A stretch of DNA of 64,000 bases from Thermoplasmata archaeon (GCA_046540335.1 JBKHFH010000002.1:5287-69286), one strand, 5' to 3'; counted from the first letter of the stretch, positions 48,801 through 58,831 are shown. Numbers and translations are program-made. Notes: a model not told the origin generated them from the letters alone.

Positions 48801-49179
48801 GGATATACTCGCGGACCTTATAATGTCCTATCTCGTCGTTCGGGAATCCACACTCATAGTCTTCAAAAACAATATATCCATCGCTGTCTGTGTACCCGCT
48901 CTCTAGGAAATACCACGGGTGATTATCTCTTTCATCTCCATTCTCGTAACCCTTCCCATAGAGTTCGAAATACCAATCTTCTAGCCCTTCCTCTCCTTCA
49001 TCGTATATTCCGTTTTGGTTTTCGTCGTAGTACTTGAACACCGTTATGTCGTAGTAACAGGTGTCGTTATCGCTGTCTTCCCTTATTGAGGAAGCTCCGT
49101 GTATCACTGTTACGCCAATTCCTAGGCTGCTGATAGCAAGTATACTCGCTATCAATAGCGCTAATACGTATGGTTTCAT
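45835..49179 (-). CDS. Secreted surface protein with nine SdrD-B/Cna-B-like repeats
   Basis: Signal peptide; 9x K[FY]xDxxxxGxx[DN] motif, with L.GW, G.Y.V.E, WxNTT and FGN recurring. Confidence 0.88.
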   Translation of the reverse strand: MKPYVLALLIASILAISSLGIGVTVIHGASSIREDSDNDTCYYDITVFKYYDENQNGIYDEGEEGLEDWYFELYGKGYENGDERDNHPWYFLESGYTDSDGYIVFEDYECGFPNDEIGHYKVREYIPEGWYNTGSAVYGTEEEVETEYTITENGEMEMTIRNGEEDEDRYVEDSFWLREPMTVEFGNTMMDGEITVYKYYDVNEDGEFDEEEDYMLEDWMFNLWTTEDEEPDEIIDMGETDENGALTFEDVYPGEYIVQEELKEDWEHTTDLLQPVTVYPAEESEVWFGNVQYGDITVNKFHDVNYNGEYDDGEELIDGFWFQLWEAYENGQPIKNGRIGKPVETNDGTYTFEDLVAGDYVVQELDEYPEGECCWLPTTDVLQHTYVKPGGEYNLYFGNVQGGMIEGMKFLDIEADGHFDVGLDKPLMGWEINLWTVEDGVPGEIIETTETNRDGMYYFDCVMPGEYFVQEEMYEGWYNNTADILHVDVEPCETVEGVDFSNCMYKEIYGIKFYDYNMDGEFNEEDWVLEGWEINLWNEIDGEPGEIIDTFYTQPNGYYFFDGIKVGTYYVQEEVPYGWDNTTESIVKIEFNCCSPKEIINFGNYEFPEITINKFNDANMDGIYNIDDGDYLLADQTVNFDVLGEFEGVQVFAGTFGVEGSYNFLVPIGDFNVTEMLDIGWLNTTPLWQEQTLGPGDHWDLWFGNVQYGDIEVYKFYDYNMNGMYDKGEEMLESWTFNLWDEDITEILATNMTDEDGLAMFEDVLPGDYIVEEELKRCWFNTTPLLQSVSVEAGNTSELWFGNVPGGSIEGYKFCDYNMNGEFDEIEYGLEGWTINLYEYHEENEDEIHSMHKPYMTTETDEDGYYSFLCIKPGMYILEEVLLEGWYNTTPYYYEIEVLPEGELEYHFGNYRHGDIVGLKYYDFDMNGEFDPEVGDIPLRGKIVELWEADVEGNVIGTEAIDSTETDEHGYYSFEDVGPGDYVVYQPKACCEWEHTTPREVHVRLGCVEDVTVNYGEYQLSSIDVYVIGGMEGIGVTIYESDEDGVEGSEIESGETGDHGYYISDQLEPGYFLVVLEDGQSEHVQLRRGEQVEFEYEEEINSQTFEEATYAKIE

Positions 49180-49333
49180 TTTTTCACCGGACTATATAGT
49201 GCTACAGTAGTATATATACTTATGCTTAACTATAAATAATCTATTTAGAAAAGATAAATATCGTTCGATCGAGACCTATGTGGTACTCATCTCTTTAGAT
49301 CGAAAAAGGGAAAAAATAGGTTTGATGGATGAT

Positions 49334-49801
49334 TCAGTGTCTAGATCTCTTTCTTAGGACCTGATATCTCTTTTTGATGAGTTCTCGGCCACCTGATAGC
49401 TCGTTTCTTGATCCTTTTTTTACCAACATCGGGTACTCCTTAACGACTGTTCCAACCGTACTGGTCTTCTTTCTCTGAGAACTCTTAACTCTAGATTTCT
49501 CTTTCAAGTAGCTGCGATACGTTTTAGAAGTCAAACTCCCGATAACCCAGGTCAGTCCGAGCAACAGAATATTGATCGACCAGAAGCCCAAAAAGACCAC
49601 TATGAAGTAGTTTTGATACTCTATATTGGTCATCAAGGCGGTCGTTCCTCCTTCCCCACCGACCGGTGAAGGAGTCCTGAATAGGAAAAGATAGACGGGG
49701 CCTAAAGTCGGCCACAGCAAAAAGAAACCTTTCAGCAAAGTCGGCCAATTATTCCATTTTATACTCTCAGACAACCTCAATATAGTTAATTTCATGTTCA
49801 T
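49334..49801 (-). CDS. Small 2-TM protein with a basic C-terminal tail
   Basis: ORF with GAGGGTTGA RBS-like sequence; two hydrophobic segments. Confidence 0.55.
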   Translation of the reverse strand: MNMKLTILRLSESIKWNNWPTLLKGFFLLWPTLGPVYLFLFRTPSPVGGEGGTTALMTNIEYQNYFIVVFLGFWSINILLLGLTWVIGSLTSKTYRSYLKEKSRVKSSQRKKTSTVGTVVKEYPMLVKKGSRNELSGGRELIKKRYQVLRKRSRH

Positions 49802-49975
49802 GATCAACCCTCGCTTATATAAGGGACGACGGCCTATATAAAGATATCTAAAGTATATAGTGAAGTTCGTTTATGGTTTATGGAACAGAAGATATTTTAA
49901 AAAAGGTTATTTAGTAAATTGGGTAAGGATTTAAATAGTATTAATGAAAAATCCTTATTTCAAACACGGAGATAT

Positions 49976-52900
49976 ATGAAAAGGAACAAGCCTCAAAAAG
50001 AAGCAGCCAAATATATTTTGTCTCTAGTGATCTCTACGTTTGTCATACTCTCTGTTTTCTCTACCGGTCTTGCCTCACCGCGGCGCGATGAAAAAAGAAT
50101 AGAGATGATCGTACAGAAGAGAGGAAGTAATCTTGAAGATTCGATTTCGAGTCATGGAAAAGTGATCGAAGAGTATGATAATTTCTTCCTGCTGGAAACG
50201 AGTGAGGATGAAAAGAGCGCTCTAAGAAGGGATGGATATACGATCGAGTCTCTAGAGAATAAATATCACGTAGGGCTAGGACAATACACTTTTAACACCC
50301 GAGACGGTCCGCCCGAGACACCCGGAAATCTAAAGATCGACGAGTATGGGGAAGACGTATCGGGTCTTTACATAGTGCAGTTCATCGGACCTATAAAGTC
50401 TGGATGGAAAGAAAGGATGAGAAGTATGGGTGTTTCGTTCCACGAATTTCGACACCGCTTCAACTATATCGTGAGTATGGATCCCGGGATCAGGCGAGAC
50501 GTGGAGCGGTTGGATTTTGTCAACTGGGTGGGAATATATCAGCCCGCCTACAGGTTCGATAGCGAACTGCTCAAAAGTGAAGGATCGGTATCTTTAGAAG
50601 TCACGTTCGCGCGAGACGCAAGTACCGGCGGAAGTTTACCGGTGAAACGGATATCCACTATGGGTGAAAATGCTGTGAGAGTTCAATCCGGTAAGATGAA
50701 GATGGAAAGCTCACCTAAAGATATAGAGAGGATAGCGCGTTTGAACAGCGTCCTTTCGATAAGGGAAAGTAATGAGGATTACAGCTTCTTGAACTCAGAC
50801 GCGACCTGGATCGGCCAGACAAACGAGGAAGGATACAGAAAAGTGACGGAGAAGAGTATCGTCGGCAGCGGCGAACTGATAACGGTGATGGACAGCCAAC
50901 TGTACATGGAAGATGACTACAATGGTGATGGCGTTCATGAGATGTGGGAAGACCCTGAAGGTAATGCTATAGGAGACGATCATCGTAAAGTTCAGGCGTG
51001 GTATGTCCCGGGAGATTCAAACGCAAAATTAGATTACGGAGTTTACCACGGAACCCACGTAACAGGTACTGTATTGGGGGACTCACCCGATTACGAAGAA
51101 TACAGCGGAAAGGACGGCCACGCGATCGGCGCTAGGCTCGTTTTCCAAGATATAGATAACGAAGCCTACGGTCTGAATCTCCCTTCAGACATGTACAATA
51201 TGGGATGGGGAGACACCTATGACAGAGGCTCCAGGATACATACCAACAGTTGGGGAGGCGGAGACGGTTACGGAGGTTACGCCCTTGAGGGAGATCAGTT
51301 CCTATGGGATCACAAGGACTTCAACATACTGTATGCGATGGGTAACTCCGGTCCGGAAAACGATACCCTGTCTCAGCAGGCTGAGGGAAAGAACATAATA
51401 AGCGTGGGTTCGGTGATCGATTCACCTTATCAGAACCAGGTCTCGGACTTCAGCAGCAGAGGTTACGCCGACGATGGAAGGATAAAGCCAACTGTCATGC
51501 ATGTGGGTGATAACGTCGTATCCGCCAACCGCAGTTACGATGGATATCAATCTCTGAGTGGAACAAGTATGGCTACTCCTGGCGTCGCGGGACAGCTCGG
51601 CCAGATAAGGCAGTATTATGAGGAAGGCTGGCACGTTTCGGGTGAAGCTCGCGTTGAAGAAGGTTTCGAGCCCAGCAACGCGCTGGTAAGAGCAACTATA
51701 ATCAACGGGGCTGAGGAGATATCGGGGAACGGGGCCTACGAAAACGATCTGCGGTTCCCGAACAACGATCAGGGCTACGGTATGAGCAGACTAGATAGAG
51801 CCCTGCACTTCAATGGCGATGAAAGGAGCCTTGAGATATTCGACTCTCTACACGAGAACTTGAGTTTAGATACCGGTGAGAGCTGGAGCACGGAGTTCGA
51901 AGTAAACGATACTAGTGAAGAGCTGGAGATAACTTTAGCCTGGACAGACTATCCGGGCTCTGCAGGGTCCAATTCCAGCGATCCCGCGATAGTGAACGAT
52001 CTAGACCTCAAGATAATCGCTCCCGACGGAACCAGATTAGTCGGTAATGCTTTCACCGGGAACGACCCGGGTTATTCCGAACCTGATCCCGTGGACAATC
52101 CCTGGAGCGGGATGAGGGATGGTCAACACGACGGATTGAACGTGGATGAGAACGTCTTGCTTTTGCCAGATCAAAACGGCGTTCAGAAAGGTACATATGA
52201 AGTGAGAGTCGAAGCTCATCAGGTACCCGAGGGAGAGCAGCCCTTCGCGGTCGTCGTCAACGGCGGGCTGAAAACCGAAGATGTAACTGAAAGTCCCGCG
52301 GTCGAGATCGACAGACCTCTAGGAACTGCTGAGTGGTACGCTAGAGACGAGGAAGAGATAGGGTGGAATACCACAGCCGGAGATGGAAATATCACGAGTA
52401 TCGACCTAGAATACAGCGTCGACGGCGGGACTTCATGGGATACTATCCAGGAAGCGGTCGAAGACGACGGGAGTTACGTATGGACCGTTCCGGACGAACC
52501 GACCGAAGAGGCTAGAGTAAAAGCTACAGTACACGACGATAATAATCTTACTGGAGAAGGAGAAAGTGAGCTTTTCTATATAAAAAGGGACAGTCATGAG
52601 TTGGTCGTCGATTCTACCGATGGCGGCGACGTGGTAGAACCGGGCGAAGGAACGTTTGAATACAACTCTAGTGAGGTGGTGGATCTAGAAGCAGTAGCAG
52701 ATGACGGCTATCAATTCATCGAATGGACAGGAAATAATGCAACGATAGACGAACCGATATCAAATCAGACCGCTATATCTATGGAAGATAATTACACTAT
52801 AACTGCTGAATTTGCTTCTACTGAAGTATCCGAGGTTTTAATTTATCAGGACACCGATCGAGTAGTTGAAGCAGGCGAAGAGCTGACATTTGACGCTGAG

Positions 52901-55429
52901 GCCTACGACCAGAACGGCAATTTGATCACGGACGATCCGACCGATTTCACCTGGGAGAACGCCACCGATGGTGTGTTCTACGAGACAGAGACGGGAGATT
53001 ACGACGTGACAGCGACATACGAAGGGGTCACGTCGAATATTACCACGGTAGCAGTAGAGCCGGCAGACGCACAGAGTATAGAATTGACCCCGCAGACAAC
53101 CAATATCACAGCGGGTGATTCACAGGCCTTCAATGCGACAGCTTACGACGAGTGGGGTAACGCTTTCGATGTTACCGACGATACCAGCTTGTCGGACGAT
53201 GTCGACCCTGTAGATCGTTCTTACTGGACTGATAACGTGATAACAGTTGAAGAGGCCGGCGACTGGAACATCGTGGGAGAATATCAAAATACTGATGGAT
53301 CTGTATCGACCGATGAGGCGAGCTTAACGGTAGAACCCGGAACATTTGACGAGGTTGTTATCTATCTAGAGACCGATCAAACCGTTCAGGCTGGAGAAGA
53401 GTTGTTGTTTGATGCCGAAGCATATGATAGTTACGGTAATCTGATAACAGACAATGCGGACGATTTCACCTGGGAGAACGCTTCTAAAGGTGTATTCTAC
53501 GAGACGAAGACAGGTGAATACGGCGTTACTGCGGAGTACAACGGAGTCTCTTCGAGGAAAACCACGGTCAAGGTGGAGTCCGCTGAGGAAAACTACGTCG
53601 TTTTAACTCCAGGGATCAATCAGACGATAACTGCTGGAGAAACAATAGACTTTGACGCAGAAGCCTACGATCGGTACGATAATCTGGTAGATGAGGATGA
53701 TATCAACTTTACATGGCAGAACACCGATAGCAAAGGAGTGTTTACAAAAACGACCGCGGGAGACTACGACGTGAATGCGACCTATGACGGTGTTTCCTCA
53801 GCGATAACGGTAGTTACTGTTGAAGCAGGAAGAGTCGATCAGGTAAAGATAACACCGAGGGCAGATCAGACGATAACTGCTGGAGAAACGATGGAATTCG
53901 AAGCAGAAGCTTATGATCAGGATAATAATCTGATCACGAAAAACCGGACTGACTTTAGATGGGAGAACGCCACGAGAGGTGTTTTCAATCGTAGAAGAGC
54001 CGGAGAATACGAAGTGAGAGCCTCCTATGATGATGTTAACTCAACTTTAACTACAGTAACGGTCGAACCTTCTGCAGTTCAAAGGATAGAGATCACACCT
54101 GAAGAGAATGAGGTCAATGCAGGTGAGACCGTTAGTTACGAAGTCATAGCTTTTGACGAGTACGAGAACGAGATAGACGACGTAAGCGGAAACACGAGCT
54201 GGTCGGTAGATTCCGGAGCGGGCGGAAGTTGGACAGGGAGCGACTACACTGCTGAGAACGCGGGCGAATGGACTGTCACAGGTGACTATGATGGAATCAA
54301 TGATACTGCCTTGCTGACAGTTGAGTCAGGAACGGTAAATACGGTAGAATTGACACCTTCTTCGGATCAGACGATCACTTCGGGCGAACAGATCGAATTT
54401 TCTGTGCTAGTTTACGACGCCTACGGTAATTCTCTCGGTATAGATGTGGATGATATCCAATGGGAGAACGTTACGAGAGGTGTGTTTTACCATGACGAAG
54501 CCGGTGAGTATGATGTTAGCGCCGCTTATCGAGGCATAGAGTCGGATGTTGTGGTAGTTACGGTTGAAGCATCACATGAACTCCGGATATCTCCGGAGGA
54601 AACTAGTGTTCAAGAGAGTGATACGGTAGTGTATGAAGCCGCAGTCTATGACATCCACGGGAAAAAACTCGAAGATGTTACAGAACATGCAGAGTGGTCT
54701 ATAGAGCCGGGAGCGGGCGGCAGCTGGGATGACAATGTCTACACTTCAGAGAAAACCGGTAATTGGACGGTGGCCGCGAGTCATGAAGATCTTACCGCAG
54801 AAGCCGAACTTAAGGTAGAAGTTGAGAATCATGGTCTAGAGTGGGATGTAAACGGAGAGGGAGCGGTTGAAACCGAAGGTCAGGGGGAAACGTACTCTCA
54901 CGGAGAAACTGTCGAACTCCGAGCTGTGCCTGAAGAGGGGTGGTACTTCGTAGGATGGAGTGGAGATATCAAGAGTGAAGAAGGAGTGATCAAAGTCACT
55001 GTAGACCGAAAATTGAACGTAACCGCCAACTTTGCAAAAAACGGAACATCACGATTCGACTTAGAGATCATAACGATAGATCTGGAAGAGGGAGTTGCCA
55101 AAATAGAGTTCGTTATAGAAAACATAGGTGACTTTGAGGATAGAAAGGAAGTTTTACTGACAGTCGATGGCGAGAAAGAAAAAAAGATAGAACTCGAACT
55201 TGAAGCTGGAGCGAGAGAGGAAGAGGAGATGATCTGGGAACCGGACGAAGAAGGAGAGCATAGAGTCAGGTTGGACTGCGGAGATGATTTTCAGGTCGAA
55301 ACGGTCCATATCGACGATTCTTTATCCGAGGATAGTTCCGATGATTCACTCGACTATATCTACCTGCTTTTGCCCGGAATTTTCGTGATAGTGCTGATTC
55401 TAGCCTACGTTAAAAGGTCGAGAAGATAG
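49976..55429 (+). CDS. Membrane-anchored S8 subtilase (Kp43-like) with Ig-like repeats
   Basis: Catalytic MDSQ, YHGTHVTGT and SGTSMATP; FSSRG..DGRIKP; repeated Ig-like units; C-terminal TM followed by KRSRR. Confidence 0.92.
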   Translation: MKRNKPQKEAAKYILSLVISTFVILSVFSTGLASPRRDEKRIEMIVQKRGSNLEDSISSHGKVIEEYDNFFLLETSEDEKSALRRDGYTIESLENKYHVGLGQYTFNTRDGPPETPGNLKIDEYGEDVSGLYIVQFIGPIKSGWKERMRSMGVSFHEFRHRFNYIVSMDPGIRRDVERLDFVNWVGIYQPAYRFDSELLKSEGSVSLEVTFARDASTGGSLPVKRISTMGENAVRVQSGKMKMESSPKDIERIARLNSVLSIRESNEDYSFLNSDATWIGQTNEEGYRKVTEKSIVGSGELITVMDSQLYMEDDYNGDGVHEMWEDPEGNAIGDDHRKVQAWYVPGDSNAKLDYGVYHGTHVTGTVLGDSPDYEEYSGKDGHAIGARLVFQDIDNEAYGLNLPSDMYNMGWGDTYDRGSRIHTNSWGGGDGYGGYALEGDQFLWDHKDFNILYAMGNSGPENDTLSQQAEGKNIISVGSVIDSPYQNQVSDFSSRGYADDGRIKPTVMHVGDNVVSANRSYDGYQSLSGTSMATPGVAGQLGQIRQYYEEGWHVSGEARVEEGFEPSNALVRATIINGAEEISGNGAYENDLRFPNNDQGYGMSRLDRALHFNGDERSLEIFDSLHENLSLDTGESWSTEFEVNDTSEELEITLAWTDYPGSAGSNSSDPAIVNDLDLKIIAPDGTRLVGNAFTGNDPGYSEPDPVDNPWSGMRDGQHDGLNVDENVLLLPDQNGVQKGTYEVRVEAHQVPEGEQPFAVVVNGGLKTEDVTESPAVEIDRPLGTAEWYARDEEEIGWNTTAGDGNITSIDLEYSVDGGTSWDTIQEAVEDDGSYVWTVPDEPTEEARVKATVHDDNNLTGEGESELFYIKRDSHELVVDSTDGGDVVEPGEGTFEYNSSEVVDLEAVADDGYQFIEWTGNNATIDEPISNQTAISMEDNYTITAEFASTEVSEVLIYQDTDRVVEAGEELTFDAEAYDQNGNLITDDPTDFTWENATDGVFYETETGDYDVTATYEGVTSNITTVAVEPADAQSIELTPQTTNITAGDSQAFNATAYDEWGNAFDVTDDTSLSDDVDPVDRSYWTDNVITVEEAGDWNIVGEYQNTDGSVSTDEASLTVEPGTFDEVVIYLETDQTVQAGEELLFDAEAYDSYGNLITDNADDFTWENASKGVFYETKTGEYGVTAEYNGVSSRKTTVKVESAEENYVVLTPGINQTITAGETIDFDAEAYDRYDNLVDEDDINFTWQNTDSKGVFTKTTAGDYDVNATYDGVSSAITVVTVEAGRVDQVKITPRADQTITAGETMEFEAEAYDQDNNLITKNRTDFRWENATRGVFNRRRAGEYEVRASYDDVNSTLTTVTVEPSAVQRIEITPEENEVNAGETVSYEVIAFDEYENEIDDVSGNTSWSVDSGAGGSWTGSDYTAENAGEWTVTGDYDGINDTALLTVESGTVNTVELTPSSDQTITSGEQIEFSVLVYDAYGNSLGIDVDDIQWENVTRGVFYHDEAGEYDVSAAYRGIESDVVVVTVEASHELRISPEETSVQESDTVVYEAAVYDIHGKKLEDVTEHAEWSIEPGAGGSWDDNVYTSEKTGNWTVAASHEDLTAEAELKVEVENHGLEWDVNGEGAVETEGQGETYSHGETVELRAVPEEGWYFVGWSGDIKSEEGVIKVTVDRKLNVTANFAKNGTSRFDLEIITIDLEEGVAKIEFVIENIGDFEDRKEVLLTVDGEKEKKIELELEAGAREEEEMIWEPDEEGEHRVRLDCGDDFQVETVHIDDSLSEDSSDDSLDYIYLLLPGIFVIVLILAYVKRSRR

Positions 55430-55486
55430 GAAACACGGGATAACGTATAATTAACGTTTCACCGGTATAAAAAGCGGGACGGTAAG

Positions 55487-56269
55487 ATGTTCGGGATCAA
55501 GGTAGGAACCTGCGGTTATGGTTACTATAAACCGGAAGACGACTGGAAAGAAAAATACGAGAGCAAGCTTCAGGCCTATTCATACGATTTCGAGACCGTG
55601 GAGATAAACAAGACTTTCTATAAGCTACCGATGGTCAAAACAGCGAAAAGATGGAGAGACAACGCTCGAAAAGATTTCGTTTTCAATTTCAAAGCATGGC
55701 AGGCACTCACTCACACCAGCTCGAGTCCTACGTGGCGAGGGAATAAGAGCGGCCTTTCAGACTCACGGCTTGACAACTTCGGTTATCTCCGGCCCAACGA
55801 GGACGTGATCCAGGCATGGGAGGAGATCAAAAAGATAGGTGAAGCCCTCGATGCAGATGTCTGCCTGATACAGACGCCGGGTAGTTTTGACTGCAGCGAG
55901 GAACACGAGGAGAATATGAGGAAGTTCTTCAATGATATCGATCGGAACGATCTAGATATTGCCTGGGAACCTCGTGGTGACTGGAAGGAGAACAGAGAAA
56001 AAGTCCAAGAGATCTGTGATGACTTAGATCTTATCCACGTGGTCGATCTGCTGAGGGAGGAACCACTTTCCGACCACCGCATAGCTTACACTAGACTCCA
56101 CGGTCTGAACGAGGGGAGATACGAATATGATTACGACTATACCGATGAAGAGTTGGAAACGCTAGCCGAAAGGTTGAGAGGACTCTCAAAAAAGCATGAA
56201 AAAGTCTACTGCATGTTCAACAACTACGAGATGTTCGACAATGCAAAAGAGTTGAAAGAGATTTTGTAA
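55487..56269 (+). CDS. DUF72-family protein
   Basis: VGTCGY, VEINKTFY, FKA..LTH, WEPRG, YTRLHG, FNN motifs. Confidence 0.9.
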   Translation: MFGIKVGTCGYGYYKPEDDWKEKYESKLQAYSYDFETVEINKTFYKLPMVKTAKRWRDNARKDFVFNFKAWQALTHTSSSPTWRGNKSGLSDSRLDNFGYLRPNEDVIQAWEEIKKIGEALDADVCLIQTPGSFDCSEEHEENMRKFFNDIDRNDLDIAWEPRGDWKENREKVQEICDDLDLIHVVDLLREEPLSDHRIAYTRLHGLNEGRYEYDYDYTDEELETLAERLRGLSKKHEKVYCMFNNYEMFDNAKELKEIL

Positions 56270-56278
56270 GAGTTTTTT

Positions 56279-57439
56279 TCATTCTTCTTCTAGCTTTCTC
56301 TCCAGTTCTTCGATCCTTTGCTCTAGAGTTTTTATCTTTTCGTCTTTCTTTGTCAGGCCCGGCTTGAACATCTTCTCGTAAGTGGATCTGATCGGCTCTA
56401 GAAACTCTTCTAACTTGTCCATGTACTCCATCTCTGCCAATTCCGTGAACTCCTCGATCCTCTGAGCGAGCTTTGGTTTTTCCTTTCCTAGGTTCTTCCA
56501 GAAATCTCTGTAGATGTGATCGTGTTTTTTAGGTATCTTCGATATCTTCTTATCCAGCTTATCAGAGATCAAAGACCATTTTTTGAGCAGTTTTTCCGCG
56601 TTCTCGTTCTCTTTAGCCATCTTTTTTAGCTGTACGGTGATGTTCTCCGAGAACTCGTCCCATGTGTCATACAACTCTTCTTCTTTATCTTCCAGGCTTT
56701 TCCTCCCTTCCCCCAGTTCTTCTCTTATCTCTTTAACCATATCGAACCAGAGCGGATAGAGCTCACTGATCTTTTTGTCTTGATCGGCGATTATCTCTCG
56801 GCTCCTGTCTGTGTGTTCCTGGATGACGTCTTTCAGGGTCTCTCTCCTTATCTCTATCTCGAGAGGTATCTCTTTCATGTGGAAATCCATCTCTCCGGAG
56901 AATTTCTCCCATTCCCCTTTTAAACGGTCGACGTCCTCGTCGGGAAGCTCCGTTTTCGCGAGCCTCTCTATGTTCTTTTTTATCACCTGTGACTGCTCCT
57001 CCCACATATCTTCTACTTCCATCCAGTATTTTTCGGGACTGATCTTGAAACTGCCTAAACTCTCATCGACTTCTTTCTGCATGTCTTCCCAGAATTTTTT
57101 GATGTACTTGCTCCCATCAGTGGTCAAACCTTGTAGTAGATCAGCAGTTTCAAAGACCTCTACTTCTTCCTCCTCTTCGATCTCGGGTTCCTCTTCCTCA
57201 TCGTACTGTCCGACCCTTCCTTTCACGACCTCGTAAAAGTCGATCGATAGCATCTGATCTGCCATGTCGTCCTTTGTCCAGTTACTCTGTACATCTATAT
57301 CTAGACTGGAGAGTAGTTCTTCCATCTCATCTTTGAGAAACTCGTCCTTCAATACATCACGTATCTCTTCTGCATCTTCTTTTTTATCATAAGCCTCTAG
57401 ATACCTTACATATAACTCGTCCGCTTCATCCATAAACAT
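56279..57439 (-). CDS. Acidic all-helical coiled-coil protein of unknown function
   Basis: Long ORF with periodic Trp; C-terminal IKTLEQRIEELERKL coil. Confidence 0.75.
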   Translation of the reverse strand: MFMDEADELYVRYLEAYDKKEDAEEIRDVLKDEFLKDEMEELLSSLDIDVQSNWTKDDMADQMLSIDFYEVVKGRVGQYDEEEEPEIEEEEEVEVFETADLLQGLTTDGSKYIKKFWEDMQKEVDESLGSFKISPEKYWMEVEDMWEEQSQVIKKNIERLAKTELPDEDVDRLKGEWEKFSGEMDFHMKEIPLEIEIRRETLKDVIQEHTDRSREIIADQDKKISELYPLWFDMVKEIREELGEGRKSLEDKEEELYDTWDEFSENITVQLKKMAKENENAEKLLKKWSLISDKLDKKISKIPKKHDHIYRDFWKNLGKEKPKLAQRIEEFTELAEMEYMDKLEEFLEPIRSTYEKMFKPGLTKKDEKIKTLEQRIEELERKLEEE

Positions 57440-57514
57440 CACTCCCATTTACTATCTAAGCATAACTATAGAGCTTAATATATCTTTTTATTTTTTACTC
57501 TTCGATATAATACT

Positions 57515-57952
57515 TTAATATTCTCCGACTGGACATCTATCGCTTTTACACTCGGGAATAGTCTTCCCGTGAGGACATACTTCCGGGGCTCCCATTCTTT
57601 CGCACAGTTCGTCGATCATTTCCATATCGAAGACGTGCTCGAGTTCACACGCCTTTTCGTGTATCTCTTCATCTTCTATATCGAAGAACTCATCCAAAAA
57701 AACTTCCAGTATCCTATGACTCCTGACTATCCTTTTTCCCTCTTTTTTTCCCTTCTCGGTGAGTTCAACACCGTGGTATGGGCGGTAAACGACGTAGCCT
57801 TCCTCCTCAAGCTTGGGCAGTACCTCGGTGACAGAAGGAGAAGATATCCTCAGTTCTTCCGCGATCTCACCGGTCTTTATCTTGTTATTTTCACTCCTAG
57901 AAGTGAGCTTGTAGAGTGTCTCTAGATACTCCTCTTTGGTCTCCTCGTTCAT
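57515..57952 (-). CDS. DtxR/MntR-family metal-dependent regulator
   Basis: EEYLETLY, SPSVTE, HRILEVFL, ACELEH, CPHG motifs. Confidence 0.93.
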   Translation of the reverse strand: MNEETKEEYLETLYKLTSRSENNKIKTGEIAEELRISSPSVTEVLPKLEEEGYVVYRPYHGVELTEKGKKEGKRIVRSHRILEVFLDEFFDIEDEEIHEKACELEHVFDMEMIDELCERMGAPEVCPHGKTIPECKSDRCPVGEY

Positions 57953-58008
57953 CGTGATATCAAAATGGTAAGATATAGTTAAATTTTCTCCAAGAAAGAG
58001 TAAAATGA

Positions 58009-58083
58009 TAGCGGGGAGTGGATTTGAACCACTGATCTCCGGGTTATGAGCCCGACGGAATATCCTGGCTATCCTACCCCGCT
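58009..58083 (-). tRNA. Initiator tRNA-Met (CAT)
   Basis: AGCGGGG..GGGCTCATAACCC..GTTCAAATC..CCCCGCTA cloverleaf; A1-U72 pair; three G-C pairs in the anticodon stem; no encoded CCA. Confidence 0.96.
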
Positions 58084-58214
58084 CTTATGAAGAGGGACTT
58101 TAAAATCCATCTCTGGGATTTTTCCATACGAATATGTATTTTATAAATCTTTCCGTAAGGTGTTTTTTGAACGGTGAAATAGTTAAATAATTAGAAGCCA
58201 TTGCCAGCTGTTAG

Positions 58215-58823
58215 ATGAACTTGAAAAATAGGAAAAAAACGCTCTTTCTAGTTTCTCTCGCCTCGCTGGTGATTCTGACAATCTTGGTGATGTCAGGAGC
58301 TGTTTCAGCTTTCAACGAAGCAGTTCTGAAAGTCTTTACCGTGAGCAGCGATGATCATATCTATGCCGGCTTCGCTTTACTCACGTACATGGGGAACACC
58401 CTTTTTTTGACGGCGACTTCCCTTCTTATCATCTATCTCCTCTACAGATCCGGTGAGAAGAGGTTATCGTACGGATTCACCGGGATGATGTTTCTCTGCG
58501 GGGTAGCCGTCTTTGTGCTTAAATTCGTGATCAGAAAACCAAGACCCACCTCGGAGGGCATCTATTACTTGGCCTATGGTTATCCGAGCGGCCACACCGC
58601 AGGAGCCTTCACTTTCTTCCTGGGAAGTTACGTTTTCTACTTTATGCTGTATAAAGGAGAACAAGATCTTTTTTACCTTTCTCTTTCTCTGGTCTTGGCT
58701 TCCATAGTGGCGGTCTCTAGACTGGTGCTGGGTGTTCATTATCTCACCGATGTGCTGGGCGGTCTTTTTCTAGCCGCTACGCTGATCAGTTATTTTTGGA
58801 TGAAGATGAGCGATCAAACCTAA
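58215..58823 (+). CDS. PAP2-family membrane phosphatase
   Basis: KFVIRKPRP, YPSGH, SRLVLGVHYLTD motifs. Confidence 0.92.
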   Translation: MNLKNRKKTLFLVSLASLVILTILVMSGAVSAFNEAVLKVFTVSSDDHIYAGFALLTYMGNTLFLTATSLLIIYLLYRSGEKRLSYGFTGMMFLCGVAVFVLKFVIRKPRPTSEGIYYLAYGYPSGHTAGAFTFFLGSYVFYFMLYKGEQDLFYLSLSLVLASIVAVSRLVLGVHYLTDVLGGLFLAATLISYFWMKMSDQT

Positions 58824-58831
58824 TCCCAATG

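Noticed and set aside
6567..49975. Long N-terminal extensions in the ORF track (aroK 6567, aroA 7460, cobA 12581, hemB 15080, ftcD 43666, protease 49919)
   Set aside because: Family N-termini, RBS positions and stop/start overlaps favour the later starts given in the features.
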